From an uncultured Bacillota bacterium (GTDB lineage: Bacteria > Sysuimicrobiota > Sysuimicrobiia > Sysuimicrobiales > Segetimicrobiaceae), in assembly GCA_963804645.1 (NCBI GenBank), contig CAWDRG010000017.1:512001-576000 (forward strand): a stretch of 64,000 nucleotides of DNA, read 5' to 3'. The position numbers and the translations under genes were made by a program. The notes below the pieces were generated by a model, which saw nothing but the letters and a program-made list of their open reading frames with translations, did no database searches and had not been told where the DNA came from. Positions 44,938 to 54,579 of the stretch are shown one piece after another. The first letter of the stretch is position 1, and the number at the start of each line of letters is the position of its first letter.

Positions 44938-45624
44938 TCAGGACTGGGGTGCGAGCAGCGTCCCGACCGCCGCGTTGGTGGTCACGACGTTGCCGATGGT
45001 CCGTTCGAGCCACCGCAGCGTGCGCTGGTGGGTCTCCTCGGAGTACGTCGCGCACGCGTCGCCGACCAGCACGACGCGGTAGCCGAGGTCTCGCGCGTCG
45101 CGGGCGGTCGACTCCACGCAGCCGTTCGTGATCAGCCCGGTGAGCAGCAGCGTCCGTTTGCCCATGTTCTGCAAGATCATGTGCAGCGGCGTCGAGTTGA
45201 ACGCGCTGCTCGTGATCTTGAACAGCACCACCTCGTCGGGCCGCGGGGTGAGCTCGGACACGATCTGGTTGCCCGGCGAATCCTTCGGCAGCCGGATGCC
45301 GAGCGCCCGGGTCACCTGCGAGCAGTCGCGCGCGTCCTTCGTGTGCGCGTTGATCGCGATGTAGATCACCTCGATCCCGACGCGCCGCGCGGCCGTGAGC
45401 AGCGTCGCGATGTTCCCGATCGCGGCCTGCACGCGTCCGAAGTAGTCCCGGTTGAGATCGGCCCGGCCCACATCCAAGAGGCGCTGCCCCTGCCCGGTGT
45501 CGGGCCGGGCGATGAAGTTCTGCATGTCGATCACCAGCAGTGCCGTGTCGCTCGGCCGGATCTCGAACGCCGGCAACCTCGGGTAGAGCGCGTCCATGTA
45601 CTCCTGCTCGATGTCGTGCGCCAT
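44938..45624 (-). CDS. Isochorismatase-family cysteine hydrolase
   Basis: Asp-Lys-Cys triad: LLVIDMQN, FKITSSAF, GLITNGCVESTARDA. Confidence 0.9.
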   Translation of the reverse strand: MAHDIEQEYMDALYPRLPAFEIRPSDTALLVIDMQNFIARPDTGQGQRLLDVGRADLNRDYFGRVQAAIGNIATLLTAARRVGIEVIYIAINAHTKDARDCSQVTRALGIRLPKDSPGNQIVSELTPRPDEVVLFKITSSAFNSTPLHMILQNMGKRTLLLTGLITNGCVESTARDARDLGYRVVLVGDACATYSEETHQRTLRWLERTIGNVVTTNAAVGTLLAPQS

Positions 45625-45627
45625 CGC

Positions 45628-46543
45628 TCATCCTCCTCGATTCAGCTGACTTCTGGGATCCACCGCATCGCGGAGCCCGTCGCCGAGAAAGTTCACCGCA
45701 AGCGTCGCCACGAGGATCATGATGCCCGGGGGGATCCACAGCCAGGGCATGTACTCCAACGCGGTCAGCGACTGCGCATCCGAGAGCATGTTGCCCCAAC
45801 TGGCCGTCGGCGGCTGCACCCCCATCCCGAGAAAGCTCAGCGCCGCTTCCACGAGGATCGCGTTCGCGACCCCGAACGTGGCGGCCACCATCGCCGCCCC
45901 GGTCGTGTTCGGCAGGACGTGCCGGAAGATGAGCTTCCCGTCGCGCACGCCCGACGCGCGGGCCGCGAGCACGAACTCCTGGGACCGCAGCGTCAGCACG
46001 ATGCTGCGCACCAGCCGGGCGACCTCGGGCCACCCCAGCAGGCCGATCACGGCCATGATGTTCCAGATGCTGGGGCCGGTCAGGCCCACGATCACCATCA
46101 CCAGGATCAAGCGTGGGAAACGCCATGACCATGTCGCCGAAGCGCATGAGCACGCCGTCCACCAGCCCCCCGTAATACCCGGCCACCAGCCCGAGCGCCA
46201 GGCCGATCGTGAGATAGAACGCCACGCTCACGATGCCGACCGACATCGACACCCGGGACGCGTAAATCACCCGGCTGAGCACGTCCCGGCCGACCGTATC
46301 GGTGCCGAGCCAGTGGGCGGCGGACGGACCGGTGCGCGCCGAGGCCAGGTCGATATATGCCGGATCGTAGGGGGCGATGAGGGGCGCGGCGACCGCCACC
46401 ACGATGAGCGCAGCCAGCACCGCGGCGCCGGCGCACGCCAACCGGTGGCGCGCGAATCGGCGCAGCGCGGCGGACCGGGTCGACCGGTACGCCGGGTGGC
46501 GCGCGGCCGGTGCGAGCGAGGCGGCGGACGACGATCCCGTCAT
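45628..46543 (-). CDS. Peptide ABC transporter permease, DppC/OppC-like (apparent +1 frameshift near 46110)
   Basis: HWLGTDTVGRDVLSR; EAA loop EFVLAARASG; RHVLPN; NFLGDGLRDAVDP. Confidence 0.9.
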
Positions 46544-47493
46544 CACGCGTACCGGATTCTCGGATCCACGTAGGCGTACAGGACGTCGGCGGACAGGCTG
46601 CCGAGGACGACCATCGCGGCCACGATCAGGTTGATGCCCATCAGGATCGGGTAGTCGCGCTGGAGGATCGCCTGGATCGCCAGGGCGCCCATGCCCGGCC
46701 ACGCGAACACCTGCTCAATCACGACGGACCCGCCGAGCAGACGCGGCACGACGGCGGCCACCATCGTCACGAGCGGGAGGATCGCGTTGCGCAGGCTGTG
46801 GGTGTAGGTGACGCGGCGCGGCCCCAGGCCTTTGGCGCGCGCGGTGCGGATGTAGTCGGCATTCAACACTTCGAGCATGCCGGACCGCACGTACCGCACG
46901 AAGCTGCCCAGGCTGAACAGGCCGAGGGAGATGGACGGCAGGATCGCGTGGGCGAGAAACCCGTCCACGGTGAAGTGCGCACCCGTGTCCAGCATCCCTC
47001 CCGTCGGCAGCAGGCGGAGCTTCAGGGAGAACACGTAGATCGCGGCGAGCCCCAGGAAGAACCCGGGCACGGAGACGCCGAGCAGGCCGACCCCGGATGC
47101 CGCGTAGTCCCACGCGGAGTACGGCCGGGTGGCCGACAGCACGCCCAGCATCACCGCGAACACCACCGACATGACGACCGACAGCAGCACCAGGCCCGCG
47201 GTCGCCCCGAACCGCTCGCCGATGCGCCGGACGACCGGCTGGTAGTCCGCGTACGAGTACCCGAGGTTCCCCTGCGCGAGCTGTTCCACCCACAGGAGGT
47301 AGCGGACGTAGACGGGTTTGTCGAGGCCCAGTTCGATGCGCTTCGCCTCCCGCGCCGCGGGACCGGCGATCGGGTCCACGAGTGCGTCCACGGGGCTGCC
47401 CGGCGCCAGGTTGAGCAGCCCGTAGTTGATGATCGTCACCCCCAGGATGATCGGGATCGCGATGAGGAGCCGCCTGAGGATGAACTGGGCCAT
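46543..47493 (-). CDS. Peptide ABC transporter permease, DppB/OppB-like
   Basis: FILRRLL, GLDKP, DYIRTARAKGL, IEQVFAWPGMG, RDYP, DPRI. Confidence 0.93.
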   Translation of the reverse strand: MAQFILRRLLIAIPIILGVTIINYGLLNLAPGSPVDALVDPIAGPAAREAKRIELGLDKPVYVRYLLWVEQLAQGNLGYSYADYQPVVRRIGERFGATAGLVLLSVVMSVVFAVMLGVLSATRPYSAWDYAASGVGLLGVSVPGFFLGLAAIYVFSLKLRLLPTGGMLDTGAHFTVDGFLAHAILPSISLGLFSLGSFVRYVRSGMLEVLNADYIRTARAKGLGPRRVTYTHSLRNAILPLVTMVAAVVPRLLGGSVVIEQVFAWPGMGALAIQAILQRDYPILMGINLIVAAMVVLGSLSADVLYAYVDPRIRYA

Positions 47494-47500
47494 CGCGTCG

Positions 47501-49139
47501 CTACGGCTTCCGGTACCAGTTCGCGGCGTCCCGGAACACCCCGCCGAAGCGCGGCACCGCGCCGCCGAACTGCTTGGTGTTGACCGCGCCGATCGAGTCG
47601 CGGTAGTAGAGCAGGATCACGGGCAGGTCGGTCGTGACGATCTCCTGGATCTTGTAGAGGATCGGCAGCTGCTCCTTGAGCGTGACCGCGTGCTGCGCCT
47701 GATCGAGCAGCTGATCGAGCGCGGGGTTCGAGTACTGGCTGCCGTTGACGCCGCCGTTTGAGATCGCCGCAGTGCTGAACCGGCGGCTCAGATCGGAGTC
47801 GTTGAACCCGCGGTTCGACGCGATCGCCAGATCGAAGTCGTGCGTGATGATCAGCCGGTTCACCGCCGTGGCAAAGTCGGTCTGCTCGATCACGACGTTG
47901 AACCCGGCCGTGCGCAGCTCCTGCGCGATGATGGTCCCGACGTCGATCACGGTCGTGTCGCCGGTCGGGATCAAGAACCGGATCGGGGCGCTCGGATCGT
48001 AGTGCGCGTCCTGCATCAGCTGCTTCGCGTGGGCCGGGTCGTACTTGTACGGATTCAGCGACTTGTCGTACCAGGGCGTAAACGACGCGAAGGGCGAGTA
48101 GGCGACGCGACCCATCCCCAGCAGGGCGCTGGCGACGATCGCCTCCCGGTTGATCGCGTACGCCATCGCCTGGCGGACGCGCACGTCGTCGAGCGGCTTG
48201 CGCTTGATGTTGATGTACAGCGTCTCGGTGTTGGTGTTCGGGTACGAGGTCACCTCAAGATCCGGGTCGCGCTTCAACAGCGCGACGTCGATCGGCGGCA
48301 GCTCGCCGCTGATCTCCCCCGGAATGACCTGCAGCTCGCCCCGCTCCAGTTGCGCGACGGCCGTCTCCGGCGTCAGGACCTGAATGTAGAGGTGGTCGAG
48401 GGCCGGCCGGCGGCCGTAGTAGTAGGGGTTGCGGGTCATCGTCACGAGGGTGTCGGTCTGATAGTCCGAGATCGCGAACGGACCGGACGACACCGTCGGC
48501 ACGCGGGCGAAATCGCTCCTCTGGATCTGCGGCAGCGGGATCGACGCGGAGGCTGTGCTCCGGAATCGGCATCAGCTCCGTGCCGAACAGATCCAGGAAC
48601 GACGCCGACGGGGTCTCCGTCGTCACCTGGAACACGCGCGCGTTCACGATCTTGAACCCGGGCAGCGCGTCGGTCTTCCCGGCTTTGCGGGCCGTCGCAC
48701 CCGCGATCCCGGCAACCCACTGGAACCAGTTGCTGTTCGTCTGGGACGAGGACAGCACCATCGCCGTGTACTCGAAGTCCGCGGACGTGATCGGCGCCCC
48801 ATCGCTCCACCGAAGCCCCGGACGCAGCGTAAACGTGTACGTCCGGCCGTCCGGCGAGATCTTCCACGACTGGGCCATGTCCGGCTGCATCTGGAGATTG
48901 GGGCTGTAGCTGATCAGCGACCGGTTCGCCGTTTGGGCGACGGTCAGCGAAAAGTTGGTGGTCGTAAACACCGGAATCAGCCCGCTGCCCGGCGCGCCGA
49001 AGATCGCCATCGACGCGTCGCCGCCGCTCCGCGGCTGGCCGAATCCCGGACCCGCCGCGAGCGACCCGATCAGCGCGACCAACAGAAGACTCAGGCACAC
49101 CGACCGTGCGCTCCGGAGTCTGGTGGCTCGTGCGCTCAT
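47501..49139 (-). CDS. Peptide ABC transporter substrate-binding protein, close paralogue of 42264-43892 (apparent +1 frameshift near 48549)
   Basis: Same family-5 motifs, split between ORFs 48255-49139 and 47501-48502. Confidence 0.9.
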
Positions 49140-49191
49140 CCCGTTCGCCTCCTCATCGTGTGATCGTCCGTCGGCGCCGCGCGCCGTCCCA

Positions 49192-50498
49192 TCACGTCAG
49201 CTGCGCGGTCGTCTTCAAGATCCACCGAATGTGCTCCGGACGCTGCAGCGACGCGATGTCGGTCAGCGGATCCGCGTCCGTGACCAGGAGCTCGCCGACT
49301 TTACCCGCGGTCAGCGTGCCGAGCTGCTGCTCCAGTCCGAGCGCCGCCGCGGCCGTCTGCGTGCCGGCCACGAGCGCCTCCATCGGCGAAAAGCCGCAGG
49401 AGACGAAGTGCGCGAACTCGCGCGCGCTGCTCCCGTGTCCAAACAGGCCGCAGTCGGTCCCGAGCGCGATCTTGACCCCCATGTCGAGCGCGCGCTTGAG
49501 GTAGCGCTTCTGCGCCTCCAGCGTCCGGCGGGCCGTCTCGATCCCGAATGACTTCACGCCCCACGCCGCGCCTTCGGTCACGAGAAAGTAGAAGATGTCG
49601 AGGGTCGGGATCAGAAACGTCCCGCGGTCGACCATCAGCTGCAGCGTGTCGGGATCGTCGCCCAGGTCGTCGCCCCCGTGCTCGATCGTGTCGACGCCGC
49701 CCTCGACCGCGAGGCGCACGCCCGCGGCATGGGTGGCATGCGAGGCCACCTTGGCGCCGCGCGCGTGCGCCTCGCTCGTCATCGCGCGGATCTCCTCGAG
49801 CGTGAAGTTGGTGTGGTAGCGCGTCACGCCGCGATCGCCGACCAGGCTGCCCTCCGACGTGTAGATCTTGATCAAGATCCGCCCCGTCGCCGAAGTTCAG
49901 CCGCACGAGGCGGCGGCACTCCTCGACGCCGTCGGCAAACGCCGACCGCGGCCGAAACCGGACCACGAGGTCGTGGGGCAGGAGATGCGGGTCGCCGTGC
50001 CCCCCGCTCTGGGAGATCGCCCATCCGGCGGTCAGCAGCCGCGGGCCGGGCCAGCGTCCCTCCGCGACCGCTTTCCGCAGCGCGTAGGCGATGTCCGCCC
50101 AGCCGTGTCCCGAGCACCCGCATCGTGGTGAACCCGGCCCGAAGCGCGTCGAGGGCGTCCTGGGCCGCGACGATCGACTTGTAGGCTTCGTTCGCCGGGA
50201 TGTACCGCTCGAGCGCGCTGCGCCCGGTGTCCCCGGTGAAATGGACATGGCTGTCGATCAGACCGGGCAGCACCGTCTTGCCCCGGGCGTCGATCGTGCG
50301 CACGCCGGGCTCGGCCGGCACCGGAACGCGGGCGGCCGGACCGACGGCGGCGATGCGATCGCCGCGGATGACCACCGTCGCGTTCTCGATCGGCGGCGCC
50401 CCCGTCCCGTCGATCACCCGCCCGCCGGTGACCACGGTCGTCGTGTCGCGGGCGAGGTACACCAGTTTCTCGTGCAGATCGTGTGCCGCGTCGATCAT
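49192..50498 (-). CDS. Metal-dependent amidohydrolase, prolidase-like subtype (apparent +1 frameshifts near 50110 and 49875)
   Basis: TVLPGLIDSHVH, GFTTMR, ISQSGGHGD, IKIY, ASHA, DTIEHG, IALGTDCG, spread over three frames. Confidence 0.88.
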
Positions 50499-50791
50499 GA
50501 GCGTCCCTCCGGCGCCGACGGTTTCTTCTTCGAGAGATACGCGAGCTGGTAGTAGTCCGCGAACGCCATCGCGGGAAAGATCTGGATGCTCACGACATCG
50601 GTCCACGGCGCGGTGATGCGCGCCAGCGCCTCCGCGGACTCCGCTTCGGCGATGATCACGATGCGCTGCTGGCCGAGCAGCTGATAGTGCCCGAGCACCT
50701 TCACCCCTTCGGGGCGCGTATAGTGCTCGAAGCGCGCGAAGAGCCGATCGCGGGTCTCCATCGTATAGTCCTCGATCATCACAAACAGCAT
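50495..50791 (-). CDS. DUF3303/GYD-like small alpha+beta barrel protein
   Basis: MLF...PEGVKVLGHY...IAEAESAEAL...PWTD...IFPA; SD GGAGGAGG. Confidence 0.65.
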   Translation of the reverse strand: MLFVMIEDYTMETRDRLFARFEHYTRPEGVKVLGHYQLLGQQRIVIIAEAESAEALARITAPWTDVVSIQIFPAMAFADYYQLAYLSKKKPSAPEGRS

Positions 50792-50817
50792 CGGACCGCC
50801 TCCTCCCCCGTCGTCGT

Positions 50818-51313
50818 TCAGCGCTGCCGTGCGAGGCCCGGGGCCGTCTCGGCCGACAGCGCCGGCAGCCGCGCGTCGAGCTGCGCCCAGGGCGTGTACG
50901 CGTCGATCCAGTTCTGGACGCGGTTGAGCCCCAGCGAGAGGAGCGCCACCGCGTCGCCGAACTCCTCGGGACTTCGAAACGCCTTCGCCGCGAACGCGCC
51001 GGCCAGGTCGTCGGCGAGCCCGCAGGTGTCGTCCATGCGCCAGTGGGCCAGCCACACGCTGAGCTGCCGCAGGTACGCGGCGACCACCGCGCTCAGCGCG
51101 TCCACCGGCACCGTGCCCTCCCGGGCCAGCGCGCGGAACAGCTGCAGGTTCTGCGCAGACCACAGCAGGATCAGATTTGCGAACAGCGTCCCGCCCCACC
51201 GGCCGGCCGGAGGCAGCCGCGTCTCGCGGAGGCGCCGGATGTCCGGCGGCTCCTGCGCCCACACCGCGTCCACGAACCGCGTCAGCCGATCGACCGCCTC
51301 GCCATGTGTCCAT
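50818..51313 (-). CDS. Helical protein resembling the cucumopine synthase C-terminal domain (apparent frameshift near 51300)
   Basis: ATG 51313 follows AGGAGG. VWAQEPPDI...G-W-G-LF...LNRVQNWIDAYTPW resembles the W..EP / NR...W....PW pattern of that domain, recognised from memory. Confidence 0.5.
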
Positions 51314-51325
51314 CGCGCTCGCCTC

Positions 51326-51709
51326 CTAGGTCCGAGTCGCACGCACCGGCACGCTCACCGTCTCGTGCAAGCGCTCGGCGGCGCGGCGCACCCCGCTCAG
51401 GTTCTCGACCACACGGGCAAACACGCTCACCTTTCCGAACGGCACCACGTCGCCGTAGAACAGGCAGAGCGTCTGCATGTCCGGGAAGTACCCGATATCC
51501 CCCGTGGACACCGAGAGCACCTCGTTCTCGGGATCGGCGACGAAGGGCAGCATCACGATCATCTCGCCCCCGGCGAACTTCGCATGGATCGCGAAACTGT
51601 CGAGCGGGAGGCACTCGGCAAACCGTTTGGCGATGCCGGGTGCCTGCACATCCAGCAGCTCGCACACCGCCCGTTCCTCCCCGACCGTCAGGACAAACCG
51701 CTGACCCAT
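51326..51709 (-). CDS. DUF3830 / cyclophilin-like fold protein
   Basis: AP...F-ECLPL...HAKFAGGE...PEN...GDIGYFP...LCLFYG...SVFARVVE. Confidence 0.7.
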   Translation of the reverse strand: MGQRFVLTVGEERAVCELLDVQAPGIAKRFAECLPLDSFAIHAKFAGGEMIVMLPFVADPENEVLSVSTGDIGYFPDMQTLCLFYGDVVPFGKVSVFARVVENLSGVRRAAERLHETVSVPVRATRT

Positions 51710-51819
51710 CTCGCTGACCTCCTCTGCGCCTCCGCCGGTCGGATCCGCCGCGCCGCGATCGTGCCGACCACGCATGCGACCCGGCGGGCGGTCCCCGGCG
51801 TCCCCGCACGCGAAGCCCG

Positions 51820-52926
51820 TCAGGCGAGAAACCGCGCCGGACGGAACGGCGCGAGGCGCACATCCTGGCGGCCTCGGATGATCTCGTCCGCCACAAGCGC
51901 GCCGAGGTGCGGCGCCAGCGTGACGCCGCTGTGCGTGACGACAAGGTAGTATCCGGCGACCCCGGGAAACGGCCCGACGGCCGAGTAGCCGTCCGCCGGG
52001 ATCGGACGGATCCCGAGGCGGACCGCCTCCGGCCGTACCCCGGCGATGCTCGGCAGCAGGCGGGCGGCGCGCGCCACGAGCTCGACGGACGCCGCAGCCG
52101 ACGGCCCCGGCTGAGTCTCCACCGTAAGGGCGTCGTCGACCTCGTGGCTGGCAATCACGAGACGTCCCGCGCCGTCGGGCCGGAGGTGGCACTCCGGCGC
52201 CCGCAGGAGATGCTGGACCCGCGCCGGCACCGGCGGGGTCAGGGCCAGCAGCCCGGCCGTCGGCGCGAGCGGGATGTCCAACCCCGCGGCGGCGGCCACC
52301 TCGCTCGCCCACCGTCCGGCGCAGTTCACCACGACGTCGGCGCCGTGGGCGCGGCCGTCGGCGGTCGTCACGCCGACGACCCGGTCGCCGTCGCGCCGGA
52401 GCGCGCGCACCCGCGACCCCGTGCGCAGCCGCCCGCCCGCGCGCGCCGCCGCCTGGATCAGGGCGTGCGCGTACACGACCGGGTCGATCCAGCCCTCCTC
52501 GGGAAAGTACGCGATCGTGGCGTCGGCCACGACGGCCGGATCGACGTCGGGCTCGAGCTCGCTGAACCGGCGGGCCGAGATCTCCTCGGCGGCGTACTCC
52601 CACGCGCACAGCCGCTCGATCCGCTGCCGCAGCGCCGCGCGGGGCGCCGCATCGGTGGCCCACTCGAGACTGCCGCCCCCGTGCAGCCACGGCGCGTCCC
52701 CAAACTCCTCCCGGAGCGCCGCGTGGGCGCGCATGCCGCCGACGTTGAGATCGTGGTAGGCGCGTGGCGGCTTGTTGTTCGCGTTCGTCCAGGCAAAGGT
52801 TGCCGACGACGTCCCGCCGGCGACGGTCCCGGCCTCCAGAATCGTCACCGCGGCGCCCGCCCGGGCGAGCCGATAGGCGACGGACGCGCCGACGACGCCG
52901 GCGCCGATCACGAGAATCTCGGTCAT
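51820..52926 (-). CDS. FAD-dependent oxidoreductase (DAO/glycine oxidase family)
   Basis: VIGAGVVG, GGTSSATFAWTN, EGWIDP, NCAGRW, GIRPIPADG, THSGVTLAP. Confidence 0.9.
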   Translation of the reverse strand: MTEILVIGAGVVGASVAYRLARAGAAVTILEAGTVAGGTSSATFAWTNANNKPPRAYHDLNVGGMRAHAALREEFGDAPWLHGGGSLEWATDAAPRAALRQRIERLCAWEYAAEEISARRFSELEPDVDPAVVADATIAYFPEEGWIDPVVYAHALIQAAARAGGRLRTGSRVRALRRDGDRVVGVTTADGRAHGADVVVNCAGRWASEVAAAAGLDIPLAPTAGLLALTPPVPARVQHLLRAPECHLRPDGAGRLVIASHEVDDALTVETQPGPSAAASVELVARAARLLPSIAGVRPEAVRLGIRPIPADGYSAVGPFPGVAGYYLVVTHSGVTLAPHLGALVADEIIRGRQDVRLAPFRPARFLA

Positions 52927-52957
52927 CTGTCCACCTCCGCGCGCCCCGTCCGCAACC

Positions 52958-54496
52958 CTACGGCATCCATGACGCCGCCGCGATCCGCAGCATGTAGTCG
53001 TCGCGGGGGTGCCAGACCAGCATCTTGTCCGTCGCGTCCACGTTCGGCGCGGCGACCAGGGGAATCGCCGGCGCCTCCTGCAGGAACAGCATCTCGGCTT
53101 TCCGGTACAGATCCTTCGCCTGCGCCGGGTCCGCGAGGATATCCGCGGCCCCGAGGTACTGCGCGAACTGATCCGGCGAAGTCGCCCACAGCGAGACGGA
53201 TCCGTCCGCGGTGAACGTCCGCTCGGCGATGCCGCCGGCGTACCCGACGAAATCCGTGACGCGCATCCACGTCGCCTCGTACGGCAGCTTGCGCCCCTCG
53301 ACCTGGTCGACGAGGAGGACGCCGTAGTCCTCGGTCACGACCTTGGCCCGGACGCCGACCTTGCTCAACTGATCGGCGACGTTCAGCGTTGTGTCACGAT
53401 CCGCCGGAAACTGCCCCGTCATGGTCGCGATCGTCATGTCGAATCCGTTCGGATAGCCCGCATCTTTCAGCAGCTGCTTGGCGCGCGCCGGATCGTACGG
53501 AAAGCCCAGCACCGTCGTATCGCACCCCAGGCTGATGGCGCTGCAGAACGACGTCGCCGGGGCGACGGCGCCGTGCATGATGCCCTGCGCGATCGCGGTG
53601 CGGTCCACGGCCATGTTCAGCGCCTGCCGCACGCGCACGTCCGCGATCGGCCCCTTCGGGTTCACCAGGTTGAACAGGATGTAGTAAATCCCGGTGCTCG
53701 ACGCCTCCACGAGCTGCAGCCGCGGCGTTCGCTGGATCACCGCGTAATCGTCCGGCGGCACGTCGTTGATCACGTCCACCGACCCGGACAGCAGCGCCGC
53801 CAGCCGCGACGCCTGATCGGGAATCGTGCGGATAAAGGCGTGCGTGATCTTCGGCCGGCCCCCCCAATACGCGGGGTTCGCCTCCAACTCGACGTGGTCG
53901 TCCTTCGCCCAGCTCACGAACCGGTACGGCCCGGTCCCCACCGGATGCTTCGCGAGCGCGTCTTCGCCGTTCTGCGCCACGTACTGCGGCGGCAGCATCA
54001 TGCCGTAGTACGCGAGGTACGACGGCAGGAGCGGCCACGGCTGCGCCGTCGTCATCCGCACCGTCAGGTCGTCGACCACATCCACGGACTTGATCCCGCG
54101 GAGGAGCCCCGCCCCGGGCCACCGCGTCTTCGGATCCAGGGCGCGGCCGATCGTGAACTTGACCGCCGCCGCGTTGAACGGCTCGCCGTCGTGGAACTTC
54201 ACGCCCCGCCGCAGCTTGAACTCCCACACCGTCGGCGCCACCATCGTCCAGGACACCGCAAGCCCCGGCTGCAGCCGCAGGGTCCGGTCCCGGTCGATCA
54301 ACCCGTCGTAGATATTGCCGAGGACGTTGTACGTCAGCGTCGAAACGACTTTCTGCGGATCGCCCGTCAGCATATCCGACCCCTGCGCCACGGTCACGGT
54401 GTCCGGCGCGTGCGCCGCGAGTCCGCTCGGCGCTCCCGCGGCGAGCAGCCCCCCGAGCGCCGCCGTCACCACCGCTCCCACGCACCACCGCTTCAT
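52958..54496 (-). CDS. Peptide ABC transporter substrate-binding protein (family 5)
   Basis: Signal peptide, PGLAVSW, FKLRRGVKFHDGEPFNAAAVKFT, PVGTGPY, VRVRQALNMAVDR. Confidence 0.92.
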   Translation of the reverse strand: MKRWCVGAVVTAALGGLLAAGAPSGLAAHAPDTVTVAQGSDMLTGDPQKVVSTLTYNVLGNIYDGLIDRDRTLRLQPGLAVSWTMVAPTVWEFKLRRGVKFHDGEPFNAAAVKFTIGRALDPKTRWPGAGLLRGIKSVDVVDDLTVRMTTAQPWPLLPSYLAYYGMMLPPQYVAQNGEDALAKHPVGTGPYRFVSWAKDDHVELEANPAYWGGRPKITHAFIRTIPDQASRLAALLSGSVDVINDVPPDDYAVIQRTPRLQLVEASSTGIYYILFNLVNPKGPIADVRVRQALNMAVDRTAIAQGIMHGAVAPATSFCSAISLGCDTTVLGFPYDPARAKQLLKDAGYPNGFDMTIATMTGQFPADRDTTLNVADQLSKVGVRAKVVTEDYGVLLVDQVEGRKLPYEATWMRVTDFVGYAGGIAERTFTADGSVSLWATSPDQFAQYLGAADILADPAQAKDLYRKAEMLFLQEAPAIPLVAAPNVDATDKMLVWHPRDDYMLRIAAASWMP

Positions 54497-54579
54497 CCCA
54501 CGCCCCCTTCCGACCGCGCTCCCCGGCGTTGGGCGCATTCCGGCGCGCGCGTCCGCGCTGCGCGACCCCGGACGCACGA

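Noticed and set aside
43976..46702. 908-aa permease-acetamidase fusion
   Set aside because: It is caused by the frameshift near 46110 and reads out of frame through the cysteine hydrolase gene.
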